Assembly (NCBI GenBank): GCA_964106645.2
Contig: OZ067038.1
Source of the DNA: Podarcis pityusensis
Lineage: Eukaryota
Strand: one strand, 5' to 3'
Length of the DNA stretch: 64,000 nucleotides
Within the stretch, counting starts at the first letter, position 1. Each line of letters begins with the position of its first letter. Below, in pieces: positions 26,115 to 38,413 of the stretch. Both the position numbers and the translations under genes were made by a program. The notes under the pieces were generated by a model. The model worked only from the letters and a program-made list of their open reading frames with translations, was not told where the DNA came from and did no database searches.

Positions 26115-26527
26115 AATCTTTGACCCCACCCCAGAGCAGTTCTGCACTTTGGTTAACAAGATGACAAATAAACATGAATGCAATACTTTAAACTCTTTTT
26201 AATTTAATTATCTTTAGAAGGGCTTCTTATCTGAAGCATGATGGGAGGGGCAAGTGTGATAACTGAGCTTGCATTTGCTTTGTACATTTGTCATTAAAAT
26301 GGCAGAACTAGATAAATCTGAGATTGTGCAGCAGCTGAGGAATTGAATGTGATTTACATTCTGTCTGCCTCCTCTTGAGACTCAAGTAGCCTAAGTGTTT
26401 TGGATTACATTTTCTAATTACAGTCTAGAAATGATCCATGGCTCAGCATCATTATTTCATTTCTCCATTGGTGTATGTAAGATGCTAAGGGCCATATCAC
26501 ACATTATGTGTGTGTCTTGGAATGGAA

Positions 26528-26571
<44 letters not shown>

Positions 26572-29500
26572 AACTACATCCTTAGGTCCAATGTACAGGA
26601 TTCAGTATGGTCTATTGAGGATGTGGGTAGCATGGAATCTGGCCAGAGTTTGACCCACAGTGAGTTTATAGAGGTGTGACAGCTTCACTATACATTCAGT
26701 TTATAATTCAGTCCACATTTTTCACTTTGTAGTGCCACTGTTCAGATCACTCTTGGCATGTGTGCAAAGGCAAATGTGTTATGGGGGGGAAGAAACATAG
26801 TTTTGAACTAAGATGGCTTCAAAATTCTGAAGTATTGTATGACCCTCTGAGAATTTATGAACTGGGTATCTCAGCTTGGCTTTCCTTCTTTAAGGAAGAA
26901 GCAAGACTTAATTTTCTATATAGAAACTAACTGTTCTCATTTAAAAAATAGAGTAATTTACTTTAGCCCATGCATGGCCATCTGATAGACTGAAGTCTAG
27001 CTGGGGTGATAAGAGTATTTGCTTTTATGCAGTATCTAGATGCCTTCCTTTTCTTTTGAATAAGTTTCTCCTGTTTAACTTGGAATTCAAGAATCTCGGC
27101 TGAGCCTACCTGATCCTCTTCTTAGACTTTAGAAGATGTTTTTGCTCTAACTGGTAGTAGGGTTGCTAAAAAGGGCTTTGAACCAGACTTACCATGTCTC
27201 TAGAGGAGTTTAATATAAAGACAGCCTTTAGTGCCCTCAGTATTGCTCCATGCTGGCTTTAGGGCTCAGTTTAAAAGAGCAATTTTATGATGGCGTCATC
27301 AGTGAATCTGATGGCAGAAAATTGCCACATGATGGCACCAGCAGACAATAGAAACTTTTCTGAGGTTTTCAATCAGTCACAGCCTCAAATGGTTCTGCAC
27401 ACCAAAGCAAACGTGCTATTAGGCTGCCCCCAAGCAACTCAGCTGTTTTGGCATGCTTGAACACTTTCAAATTCCTCCATCTGGAAGTTTCCATAGGCTG
27501 ATGGAGCAATTCTGAGATTAGAGCCTCAGTGTATTTTAAAGCAACATTCAGCAAATGGCTCAGTTAACAGTGTATTCCAGAGTGTTTTACAAAAAGTCTA
27601 AATGAACATGCCCGCGCACTTGCAGGAAGAAATTGAATTGGTACTGGAGAATGTGAATAATTTAGTTCATGCACATCTTTACTCTGAAAACCTTTGATTT
27701 ACTTCTGCATGTGCATCTTGTGAAAGGAGATACTTGCAAAATCTGGAGGATGATCTAACAATGTGGTACCAGAATAAATCTGTCTTTTAGCTTCTGCTCA
27801 TCTCTTCCTCATCATGGTTGCACATTCTGATAGTCAGAACAGTCATCAAGATACTAAAAATTGTTCAAGAATGACATAACCCCTCATTTTCTTTATAATT
27901 TGGTATATATGGAGACCATAGAACCCAACTCTTCTCTTCCTCTTTTCTCTACCATGCTATCAATTACAAGGCTGTTTTCTAATTTAATGCTATTTAAAAT
28001 ATGTCTTTCTATTACAGCAGAGACTGCTGGGCACTTGGGCGCTGTGCTAGCTGCACTTGTCACTGTGGCACTGCTGTTACTAATGGCTGTGATGTATGTG
28101 AAGTGCCGTCTGAATGTGCTCCTCTGGTACAGAAACCGTCATGGAGAGGTGGAGATCAATGGTAAATATTGGGCTGGAGAGTTGGCCGTCACTTTTCCCC
28201 TTGTGAGATTCGAGTTTCACTGACAGTCCAACCCAAAGTGTGAACTTCTACAAGAATTATCCTCTCAGTGTTATAGCTAGTCAGCACAGGTTTTTTAAAA
28301 AAAAAAAAAAATTATAATAAATTTCTCCCCTTGGTACTTTTCCACAGATGGAAAGCTGTATGATGCCTATGTGTCTTATTCTAACTCAACGGATGATAGA
28401 AAGTTTGTCAACTTCATAGTGAAGCCACAGCTGGAGAATCGTCACGGCTACAAGATTTTCCTGGATGATAAAGACATCCTGCCCAATTCAGGTATAGAAC
28501 CTTGTCCAACACCTCATTTAATATGTACCTGGGCACTCAGACTTGCTGTTGAGTTCAGGCTGCAAATAACTTATCTGAAATGGATTAGTTGGCTAAATGA
28601 AGAGAAACCTTCAGTTTAATTTGCCCATTTGGCATCCTGTGTTTAATATGATAGCTTTATTAAGTGTTAAAATATCCAATTGAAATCGGTACACACACTA
28701 AGTCTGAATATCAGGTTAACTCTTGCATCCATTTTCAAACAAGAGGAGGAGAATGCAAAAAAACACTATTTCTATTAGACACTGAGACAGCAGGGTGAAA
28801 GTTGGTATGCAACTTCAGGGCAACATTCTGTATTTCAAGTACAGCTTAATCCATGTCCCTATTTCCAAGGTAGATTGGAAAGATGTAAAACATAGTGCAG
28901 TGCTATATCTGACTGAGATATTAGAATACAGGCAGGTGTGTACATTCAGGACATCATTGTGCATTTCATATATGATCCCAGCTTGACATCTGTATCCTTT
29001 TTCAGAGTGAAGAAAAGGGCCACAAACATTGCAATGCAGTATCTGAAATGAAGCCTGTTGAACGCTGCACTTTGCTACTTAATAGATGCAAAAGTATGGC
29101 TCTGAAAAATTACTTTGTCCTCTGGCACACTATTTTGTGCATCTGAAGCAACCTAAAATAGCTTTAATTCTAAACACCAATAATGGCAAAGCTGTGCAAA
29201 GTAGGAACTGAATATTTTATAGACAGGCTCTCTGTTGTACGAAGAAAAATGTATTCTCCTTAACCACCCAGTTGTTCACAGTTAGGTTCCATTTGCATAT
29301 TAAGTAGGATGTATTCACAGTCTGCCCAGTATATGCTCAGCACAACTGGTGGGCTTTCTACACCTGTTCAAAGTCTGTGGCATGATGCATTGCTTAACTT
29401 GCATGACCTTGCAGATATGCATTTCATTGTGCTGGCCCGCTGCCTCTCCCTGTGCCTCCACGTTTCCAGGCTGTTATTGCATATGTTTGACAATGTGTTG

Positions 29501-32500
29501 TTTCTTTATTTTGGGCACAACTTGTTTAATCTTCCTCCAAAGAGCATGAAGTGTAGTTCCTATCCAGGCAGTTTACAGGGCCACCACTGTTCTGGCTTCA
29601 GCAATATCACTGTAATCAGGTGCCTTCAGACCATTTGTTCTTATCTTCAACTGTTTTGTTTAATAAAACCTCTATAAAAAGTATGCAGCATCCCTTTGCA
29701 TGGGGATGCAAAACAAGCTGTGTACAAAATGCAGCTCCTCCATATTCTGTAATGCTGTCCACAGTGGACAGTTCTGGTTAAACAAGAATACACCACAAAA
29801 CAGCATTTGTGCTCTTTGTGGTGTGTCTAATAATAAAAAAATGCAATGTTTGAGTATACTCTTCATTTATTTATTTTTTAATGTCTTGAGTGTTCCACCA
29901 GAGGCACTCACATCCAGAACCAATGGTGCTGTCTGAAGGACAGGGAAGTTCTAAACAGGCTGGTTAGTTTTTATTCCATTGCCCGGGGCTTCTCCTTTCT
30001 GTAGAGCAGAGCGGATATGCATTTGGATGCTAGGGTACTTCTTTCTTGTACAGGTGAAGGATGAATGCTGAAACAACAATGGATTGGTTCTGGACCTTCT
30101 CAGAAGAGATTTAGTTTTTCTTCTCTCTTTCAGAACCTTCTGCAGATCTGATTATGAATGTTAGCCGGTGCCGCCGCCTCATTGTGGTTCTCTCTAATGC
30201 ATATCTGGAACAGGAATGGTGCAACAATAATTTCAGGTAATTAGAGTCAGCGATAGAGACAAGTTCTCTGATCCTCCTTTCATTTTTGGAGGATCAGGAA
30301 TGACTCAAGTGTGCACTCCCTCCTATTGCCCACCTTGTTTAATAGAAAGTTGACCAAGTTGACCAAACAGGCAAATAGTATGTGCAATTCTGATTTGGAG
30401 GGATCACTAAAATCACAGTTTGCTTATTTGGTTGTCCTGGTAAACTATGGCTTGTCAAACCAGTCAAGTGTTCCAATAAGTTGTACTCATAAGAGGAAGA
30501 GGGAAGGTAGAAGGGAGTAGGAAGGCAGGAGGGAGTATGTTCCTGGCTCTCCTATCTATGGTTAGAAGGGCCTCTGAATTTATCCAATTTCTGTATACAC
30601 CTCCAATCACAACACCCAGAATCTCTCTCATATATCTGGATATGAAGCACGGCAGTTTAGTGTTAATGCCTCTGAAACCAGTTCCTGAAGTTTTCATTGA
30701 ACTGAAACTAGTGGTGCTTAGAATTAAAATTGTGGGTGACTAGATTGGGTTCAAAGCTTTGTCAATAGTTTGGTTGTGGATTTGCTTAGGACTCTAACCA
30801 ATTGTCTGGTTTTGCAGGGAAGGTCTTTGGAGGCTGCTGGAACTATCCCGGAGGCCAATCTTCATTGTCTTTGAGAGCCAGTACCGAGAAATAGCACATC
30901 CAGCCATAAACTTGCTGAAGCAGCAGAAGAGCACAGTGACCCTTCTGATGTGGCGCGCTGGGTCCATGGTAAGTTGTGGGCTGCAAGGCCATAACTTCAT
31001 CACTGTGGTTATGTTTCTCAGTGGCAAGGCAGTACTTGAAGCTATTCAAGAAGCATAGAAGTGTGGAGTAGCTTCTCTTCCAAGAAGGGTTGAGATCCAG
31101 TCCTCCATTACTTGACCTTGCTGTGATGTATACCAGAGTAATAACTGTTACCTGCTTTTCTTGGCACTAAAGAGTAGCACCTTCATGAAAGTAGGCTGAA
31201 TATATTTTTGTCTGTCCGTTATTTTGATATCTCCTGTTATTTACTTTTTATTTTAGCTATTTACCTGTTGACTAGGAAATCATCAGCTCCAGAGATTTGC
31301 CAAATGATACCTTTTTAGATGAACATGGCTTGACTGCTCCATGACTCATGCGTGGAGGCCATGAGCAGTGTTGTAAGCATTGCAGAAAACATAGATAAGT
31401 TATATTTTAACTCCAACATTAAAGAAGCAAACAGAGCCACAGGGAGGCACCAGAACCTGAGAAATAAGAATTGGAAACATATACTTGCTTCACCCAGAGT
31501 ACTCTCAGTGCAAAGAGAAATGAAAAGAGAGGAGGAAGCTACAGACTGGGGAAGGAAAAAAGCACAAACCCTTCCCTAAAATGAGCATTTGCAGGGGAGC
31601 ATTCTAGCAGGATAGAGACTTCTGGTTTACAGTTATTGCTGTTTCTTTATCTGTGCTAAATGAACAATAGCATGCTTGTGACTCACAATACTCCTTGCAG
31701 TTGCACATCAGGATATTTAGTTATTTTATTATGCTTTTCACCCACCCTTCACCTCACGGTCCCAGGGCAGGTTACAACAATTAGAAAAACTACTGACATG
31801 ACACATGTGTGTGTATTTTTAAAGAACTGGACCCATCGTTTTTTGTAAGCTGGTATAATGCAAAACTTGTAGCTCATATAAATATTTAAATACATAAGTA
31901 GGATGCACACACAGGTAAACAAATAACTGCAAGCATGCTTGCAGTAGACCTTAGGTTTCCAGAACTTAGGGAGTGCAAGGAATGGAGGGGAGGGGACAAC
32001 AGCACACAGTGCAAAGACACCCCATCAAGCACCTCCCACTCTTGGGGGACAGGAAGCACTGCAGTAGAGTTCATTTGAAGGTGGTCCTGTGGACAGATGT
32101 GCACAAAAATCCACATGGAAAAATCAGAGCTGTGCAACTCACTTGTGCAATTAACACTCTGCTGTGCACACAACCTATGCCTCAAGACATAAGAAAGGGG
32201 CTTTTTGATTTTACTTACAATGTAAAGAATCCTAAGCAGCTTTGTTAAACAGGCCTTTTAGACACAGCAGTCAAGGAACTACCTACTCCCCTCCCCAGCT
32301 AATAAGAAGTTACGACAGCCAAAATATTTCAAAGCAGCTTTAACAGTGCCTGGAAAATGCCATTAGGTGCAAGGATACTGCTTCCTTCTGGCAGTGAGTG
32401 GATCAAAGCCACCATATGTCCGCTATTTTTTTGTTTACTCCTATCTCTAAGACAAAATGGGAACAGCACATTAACATTTTTAATAAGACTGTTGCTGTAC

Positions 32501-35500
32501 ATGAGCAACAGGCTGCCAGTCTTGAGCTCTGTAGGTGCGATCTTTGGCTTCTTGTTTCTTAGTCAGATTAAAAATCTGACTCTTTCCAAAATAAGGCATT
32601 AGGAGAGGAATTAATATCAAGAGAGGTTTTAAAGTAACATCCAGTGGAGTGGTCCTGTCATGGCTAAATTATTTGGTTCAAAAAAACCCAATTGGCTGTA
32701 TTCCATCAGGGTGGAATCTGAGCACAGCGATCCCAGTTTTCAAGAAAGGCGACACACAAATTATATACCAATCAGTCTTATAGATAGCATTAAAAATTAC
32801 ATGTAAAATACCTCCTGTTTTGAATCTGAAGAATGGCCGATGTTGCACAATGTAATTGCTGAATAACAAGCTGACTTTAAAGCTGGCTGGTTACTGCTTG
32901 ACAACCATTCTGTGCTTGCTCATCTAATTCCTGTGTTAACAGAAAAAATAAGCTCTTTGCAGTTTTTGTTGATTTTAAAACTGCCTTTGATTACATCAGT
33001 AGAAATACATTCTTGGAGAACCTCGAACACCAGCATTGCTTGCTATGTGTTAATTTGGTAGTAGCATTACCCTTAAAAACTAAGCTAAATTATCTCATAA
33101 GTGGATTGTGTCCAACTATATTCCTATATTTAGGGTGGATTGCAGATTGTTCATCCTGATTGGTTTGCAAGGAGGTTCTACAGTAGGAGTGGGCAACCTC
33201 TGGCCCATAAGCCAGTACAGTGGTGCCCTGCAAGACGAATGCCTTGCAAGACGGAAAACTCGCTAGACGAAAGGGTTTTCCGTTTTTTGAGCTGCTTCGC
33301 AAGACGAATTTCCCTATGGGCTTGCTTCGCAAGACGAAAACGTCTTGCAAGTTTGTTTCCTTTTTCTTAACACCGTTAATACAGTTGCGACTTGACTTCG
33401 AGGAGCAACTCATAGAACGCAGTGTACATAGTAGCCTTTTTTGAGGTTTTTAAAGACTTTGGTGATTTTTGAAGCTTTTCCAAAACTTCTTTTGCAGCCT
33501 TTTGGTAAGTTAAGCTTTTAAAACTTTTTTGGGGGGGTTTGGATTTTGGGTTGGGGTGTTTGGAATTCAAGGACTTGGTGTTGGGGAGGGGTTTGCAAGA
33601 ATCTGGAAGCTTGTGTGGTTTTTTTTCTGCATTTTTATGATTTTCTGTGACCATTGGGCCACTCTGCTGTTTTTTTAAAAAAATTATGGATTTGAATTTC
33701 TGTGTGCTGGGTGGCTGGGGGAACAGTTGGGGAGGGGTTTGCAAGAATCTGGAAGCTTGTGTGTTTTTTTCTGCATTTTTATGATTTTCTGTGACCATTG
33801 GGCCACTCTGCTGTGTTTTTTAAAAAAATCTGGATTTGAATTTTGAAATGCTCTTTACAGTATGTGTGACTTTAAAGAGCACTTAATAAACTCTTGTTGT
33901 ACCAAATTTGGCTTTGTTTGGACTTTTTTTTGACCATAGGAACGCATTAATTGATTTTCAATGCATTCCTATGGGATTTTGTGCTTCGCAAGACGAAAAA
34001 TTCGCTAGACGAAAAAATTCGTGGAACGAATTAATTTCGTCTTGTGAAGCACCACTGTATTCATTCTGGCAAAGCAAACCCCTTCAGCTGGCAAGATTAT
34101 ACTCTCTGCTCTCCACTCACCAGCTGATGAGCAGGGTGTTTGATAGTGCTCTGTTTGGCTGTACATACCTGCTGCCCTGCTGGAAACAGGCACACACGGC
34201 GAAAGAGCTCTGTATATTCCATCTCTGGTGGTTCGCAGCTCCCCTGAAATTCCATAAAACTAAAAGCTGAATGACAGCTGAATAGTACCGCGAAATATTG
34301 GCATGCCTATTGCCAATTCTAAAATGGGTTCAAATTAACTATGCAGTTGCTCTTTGCATTTGAGATCTTGGTGTTCAGGGTGTGTGTGTCTGCTTCTCCT
34401 CCGACTTGATTGGGTTCAGAACACCATCAAATACGCTAACAGCATTTCTCCAATAAAAAATGGGCCATTTTAGCTCTAAAAGTAAAAGTGAATGCTAGCC
34501 TGCTTTAACTATTGGAATTAACTCCTGCAATTCTTTTGAATCAATATAACCAAACGTTTGTTGTAATTAATAGTCAGGGGATAGTTTATTCAACTCTGAT
34601 GCTTGGTAACCAAAAATTTTTTTCCATTGAATATTTTTCCAGCAGGAATTCTACGGTTGCAAAACTTGATTTAAAGAATAGTGTTTGTGACCTCTTTATT
34701 CAGAAATACCTACATTTTGTTTTCAACTCTAAAATCACACCATGGCAGTTAAGTTTAAATATAAACATATTGAATTGTATCTGATGGATCTATCAAATTT
34801 CACCAGCATAAGACTTTCTCTGTGCTCACAATGCAGTGTATGCAACTTCCTGTCATGGGAGATGCAAAAATATTTCTTTTGCTTCCCAAATCTGCTTATG
34901 TGGGGAGCATTCTGTGAAAGATATAACCCATTACTCACTGGATGCTCAATTTCTGAGAAAGCTTGTAATTTTTTCATCAGTTTCTGGGGGAACGTTGCCA
35001 TTGATCAGGCTTTCAAATAATTTATTTTTTACTGGCAAGTTCAAAAAAGGGTATTATCAACACAGTGACCAACTTTTCTTTAGCTGTGGCTGAATGCTGT
35101 TAAAAGTTTGTGGATGCTTCTGCAATAGGACTCCAGGCTGAATGTTTGTGGTGGCTGTTAATTTCCTGCCAATGTTTTTGGTTTAATGATGTTTTCATTT
35201 TTGAATTCTTGCTGTTTTATTTACAGTGGTGGTCCTATGTAGCTGTACATTTTGACTTGATATGGCCAATGGTCAATATAAATAATTCTCTATTTAATTT
35301 GTATATCTACCCACCTTGCTGTTCCCCAGAGAGGCACACTATCAGATCAGTTAGGCTGAAGTAGCAACAAGGACGCAGAATGGATTACGTGGAAATATTG
35401 TGGTTTCTTGTGCCTGAAAAGGCTGTAAAGCATTGCTGGAGGTTCCTGTCAGCTATGCCCCTTTACCTCAAGGGTGCAGGCAGCTCCCAGTATCTGTCTC

Positions 35501-37303
35501 AAATTCTTGTAACCTCTATAGGTCACTTTCTCCTCTAGGGCTATGGCTTACTGCAGGCTTCCTCAAACTCAGCCCTCCAGATGTTTTTGGCCTACAACTC
35601 CCATGATCCCTAGCTAGCAGTGGTCAGGGATCATGGGAATTGTAGTCTCAAAACACCTGGAGGGCCAAGTTTGAGGAAACTTGGCTTACTGCATGCAGTT
35701 GTAGCTTGCAGCTATGGTTTACTGTGATGTACAGACTGGGCCACTAAGGTGAGATGAAGTTAGGAAATAGCAAGCTTGGGAAAGCTATCTGTGCGAGGCA
35801 TTGAAGCATTGCAGTCTGTTTCTGAGTTTTTGCTGGATACCAGCCACATGTTCTCTTGCCTTTTATCCATGAGGACAAAGCCAAAAGCCTTACTTTAAAA
35901 AAAAGAAGGGGAAAAAAAGAATTCACTCAATTTAAAATTGCACTGAAATCCTAGGTTAATGGAAAGGCGAAATCTGTTGCTTTATCTGGTCACGAAAGCC
36001 TTCCATCAGAAGTAATGCCACTTAATACCTCTTAGATTTTGCAGTGTGTTTCATCTCAAAGATGAAACAAAGCTGAATGGGAAAACTGTTGGGGGAGCTG
36101 TAGATCCCTCTGTTGTAGTGAACATTTATCTCCCTCTGTTCAATCCTTTGGGAGCCAGACAGGGTGCCTGTGCTTCATAGACGAGGAGCTCCTGTGAGAA
36201 CGCTGCCCTCAAGGCAGGGCTGCTGGGACTTGCCTACAGATATATCGCACAAGGGTTTGTGTGTAACTGATGAGCATGTGACAAGATGCTGCCTCTTTGC
36301 TGCTTCTAGGCGCCTTCATCTGATTTTTGGAAGGAACTGTGCCTCGCCCTGCCACGAAAAGTGTCCTATCAAGGCCTTAGGGGAGACCCCCAGACCAGTT
36401 TCCAGGAAGACAAGGACCCTATGCTGATCCTCAACAGCAATTACTTGGATTTCCGGGGGGATTCGCACCCTGAAGGAGACTCTGGTAACAGCACTGTTTA
36501 ATCTTCACTCTGTCACCATAGCATGCCAACAGGAGAACACACAGTTGCTCTTGATCCTGCTCTGTGGTTTTTTGTTTTTTTGAGTGTTAGTCCACAGTTA
36601 GCCAGAAAGATTCTCAAGTGAGGCTCACAATTAAGTTTGAAAGAAAAAACCCCATTAAAAAATCACTTGATAGAAGAACACTGCACTTGCTAAAATTAGC
36701 AAAAGTATAGCCCAGCAGCTTTATTAATCAGTCAGCCAGGTGCCTTTCTACACACTGCCATGAGCTAACTGTGTGCTTCCTGCCTGTATTATTACAGCTA
36801 TTTTAGTATGGTATGCCAAAACCCTATGTACACTTACTTTAACGTAAGTTCCATTGAACTCAATCCTTTAGAGTGGATATGTGTAGGATCAGGCCTCACT
36901 TTTGATTACAAAAGCTAAGGCTAGTCAGATGGTAACCGCCCCCGCCCCCCCGAATTAAAGATGCTTTGGAATATGTGATCAAATTGTGCTATGTATTCTC
37001 ATCTTAGTTTCACCTCTAGGAAATAGGTTTCTTCTTTATTTCAGAATTATCAAAATCTGTTCAGCCAAAGGTGACAGTGGAGACCAATGGAAGTGAAGCC
37101 TCTGCACCCACTTTCAGATTCCTTAAAATTTATTTTCTCCACTTTAAGCCTGTGTAGTGTAGTCAGATCACAAGCAGTAGTATTTATTTAAGGCCTTTAT
37201 ATACCATCTGACTTGGCAGAATGTGTCTACTTTGGTTGATCACCAGGCTTGGTCACCATTGTATGCTGTGTCTGTGGCTTCCAAATGGCATAACAGGTCT
37301 TCC

Positions 37304-37335
<32 letters not shown>

Positions 37336-38374
37336 TCCTTCCTTCCTTCCTTCCTTCCTTCCTTCCTTCCTTCCTTCCTTTCAATGGCCATTCCAGAGTT
37401 ACACCTAATTAGCTGATCCTTCATCAGTCAAACAACCATTGCCTCAATCCAAATGAAATTATCTTCCCTGTCATGCAGCAGTCCACAGATACATACTGTG
37501 GCACATTTTGTAGCAGAAGAATTAATTCATCTGTTTTTCCCATTCACTGCTAACATTGGATAGGGAGCAGGGCAGCATGTTTTCATAGAGAACATGTTAT
37601 TTTGGCTGTGAATCCATTTGTGTGTTTGTAGAGGAAGAAAGGAAATAATGGTGTCATTATTGCTACATGCTTCCTTAGAGTAGCAATACCAAGGAGTGGA
37701 AATTTACGTAATTTACCACCTCCATCTATCATTTATGTGCAAACATACCCAAGAGTTCATAAAAGAAATGGGTTTTATATCCACCAAAGGGCAGTTTTCC
37801 ATTCTCTGAGCCTGAGACTACAGAGAGCTTGGTGGTTTAGTCCTGACATCCTTTTTCCTAGGCCTGTGGGACTATGGCTGTACAATGGATCAATGAGTAG
37901 GAAGCGCACCTGAGGCATCGGTTCCAGAGGTTGTGAAGAACAAGCTCTGGCCCTAGGGATTTGTTAACACAGGCTGAGCACTTGCAAAGCAATACATTTT
38001 AATTTTAGTAACAGGAGCAAAATAAGTTCAGTGGTCATAAAAGATTTACGAGCGACTGGCAAGAGCAAGCCCAGCTCACTTGTACACGGTGATTTTATTG
38101 TCAAGAGAAGAACAGAGAAAATAATGGGTTTGGCTGGGCTTTTCTTTTAGTTGAGACAGCAGCGTTGGGCTTATTTTGCTGAGGGTGTTGCGTTCACTGT
38201 CATTAATAGGCCTTGTTTCTTGTGTGGCGCGGCTGTGCACCTTGTTGGAAGCTTTCCTCATTAGTCTAGTTGCTCCATACAACAGCATGCCAGGATGCTT
38301 GAGGCTCCTCATTCTCTTGCTTGCAAAGGGAATAGTTGCTTGGAAGACATTTCATTCTCACTAGGAGCGCCTGA

Positions 38375-38413
<39 letters not shown>

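Noticed and set aside
33090-34270. ORFs up to 140 aa, possibly a transposase
   Set aside because: They lie in the low-complexity duplicated core of a non-autonomous element; no DDE or HTH motifs.
37221-37424. Repetitive ORFs (PSFL)n / (RKEG)n
   Set aside because: Translation of the (CTTT)n(CCTT)n microsatellite.
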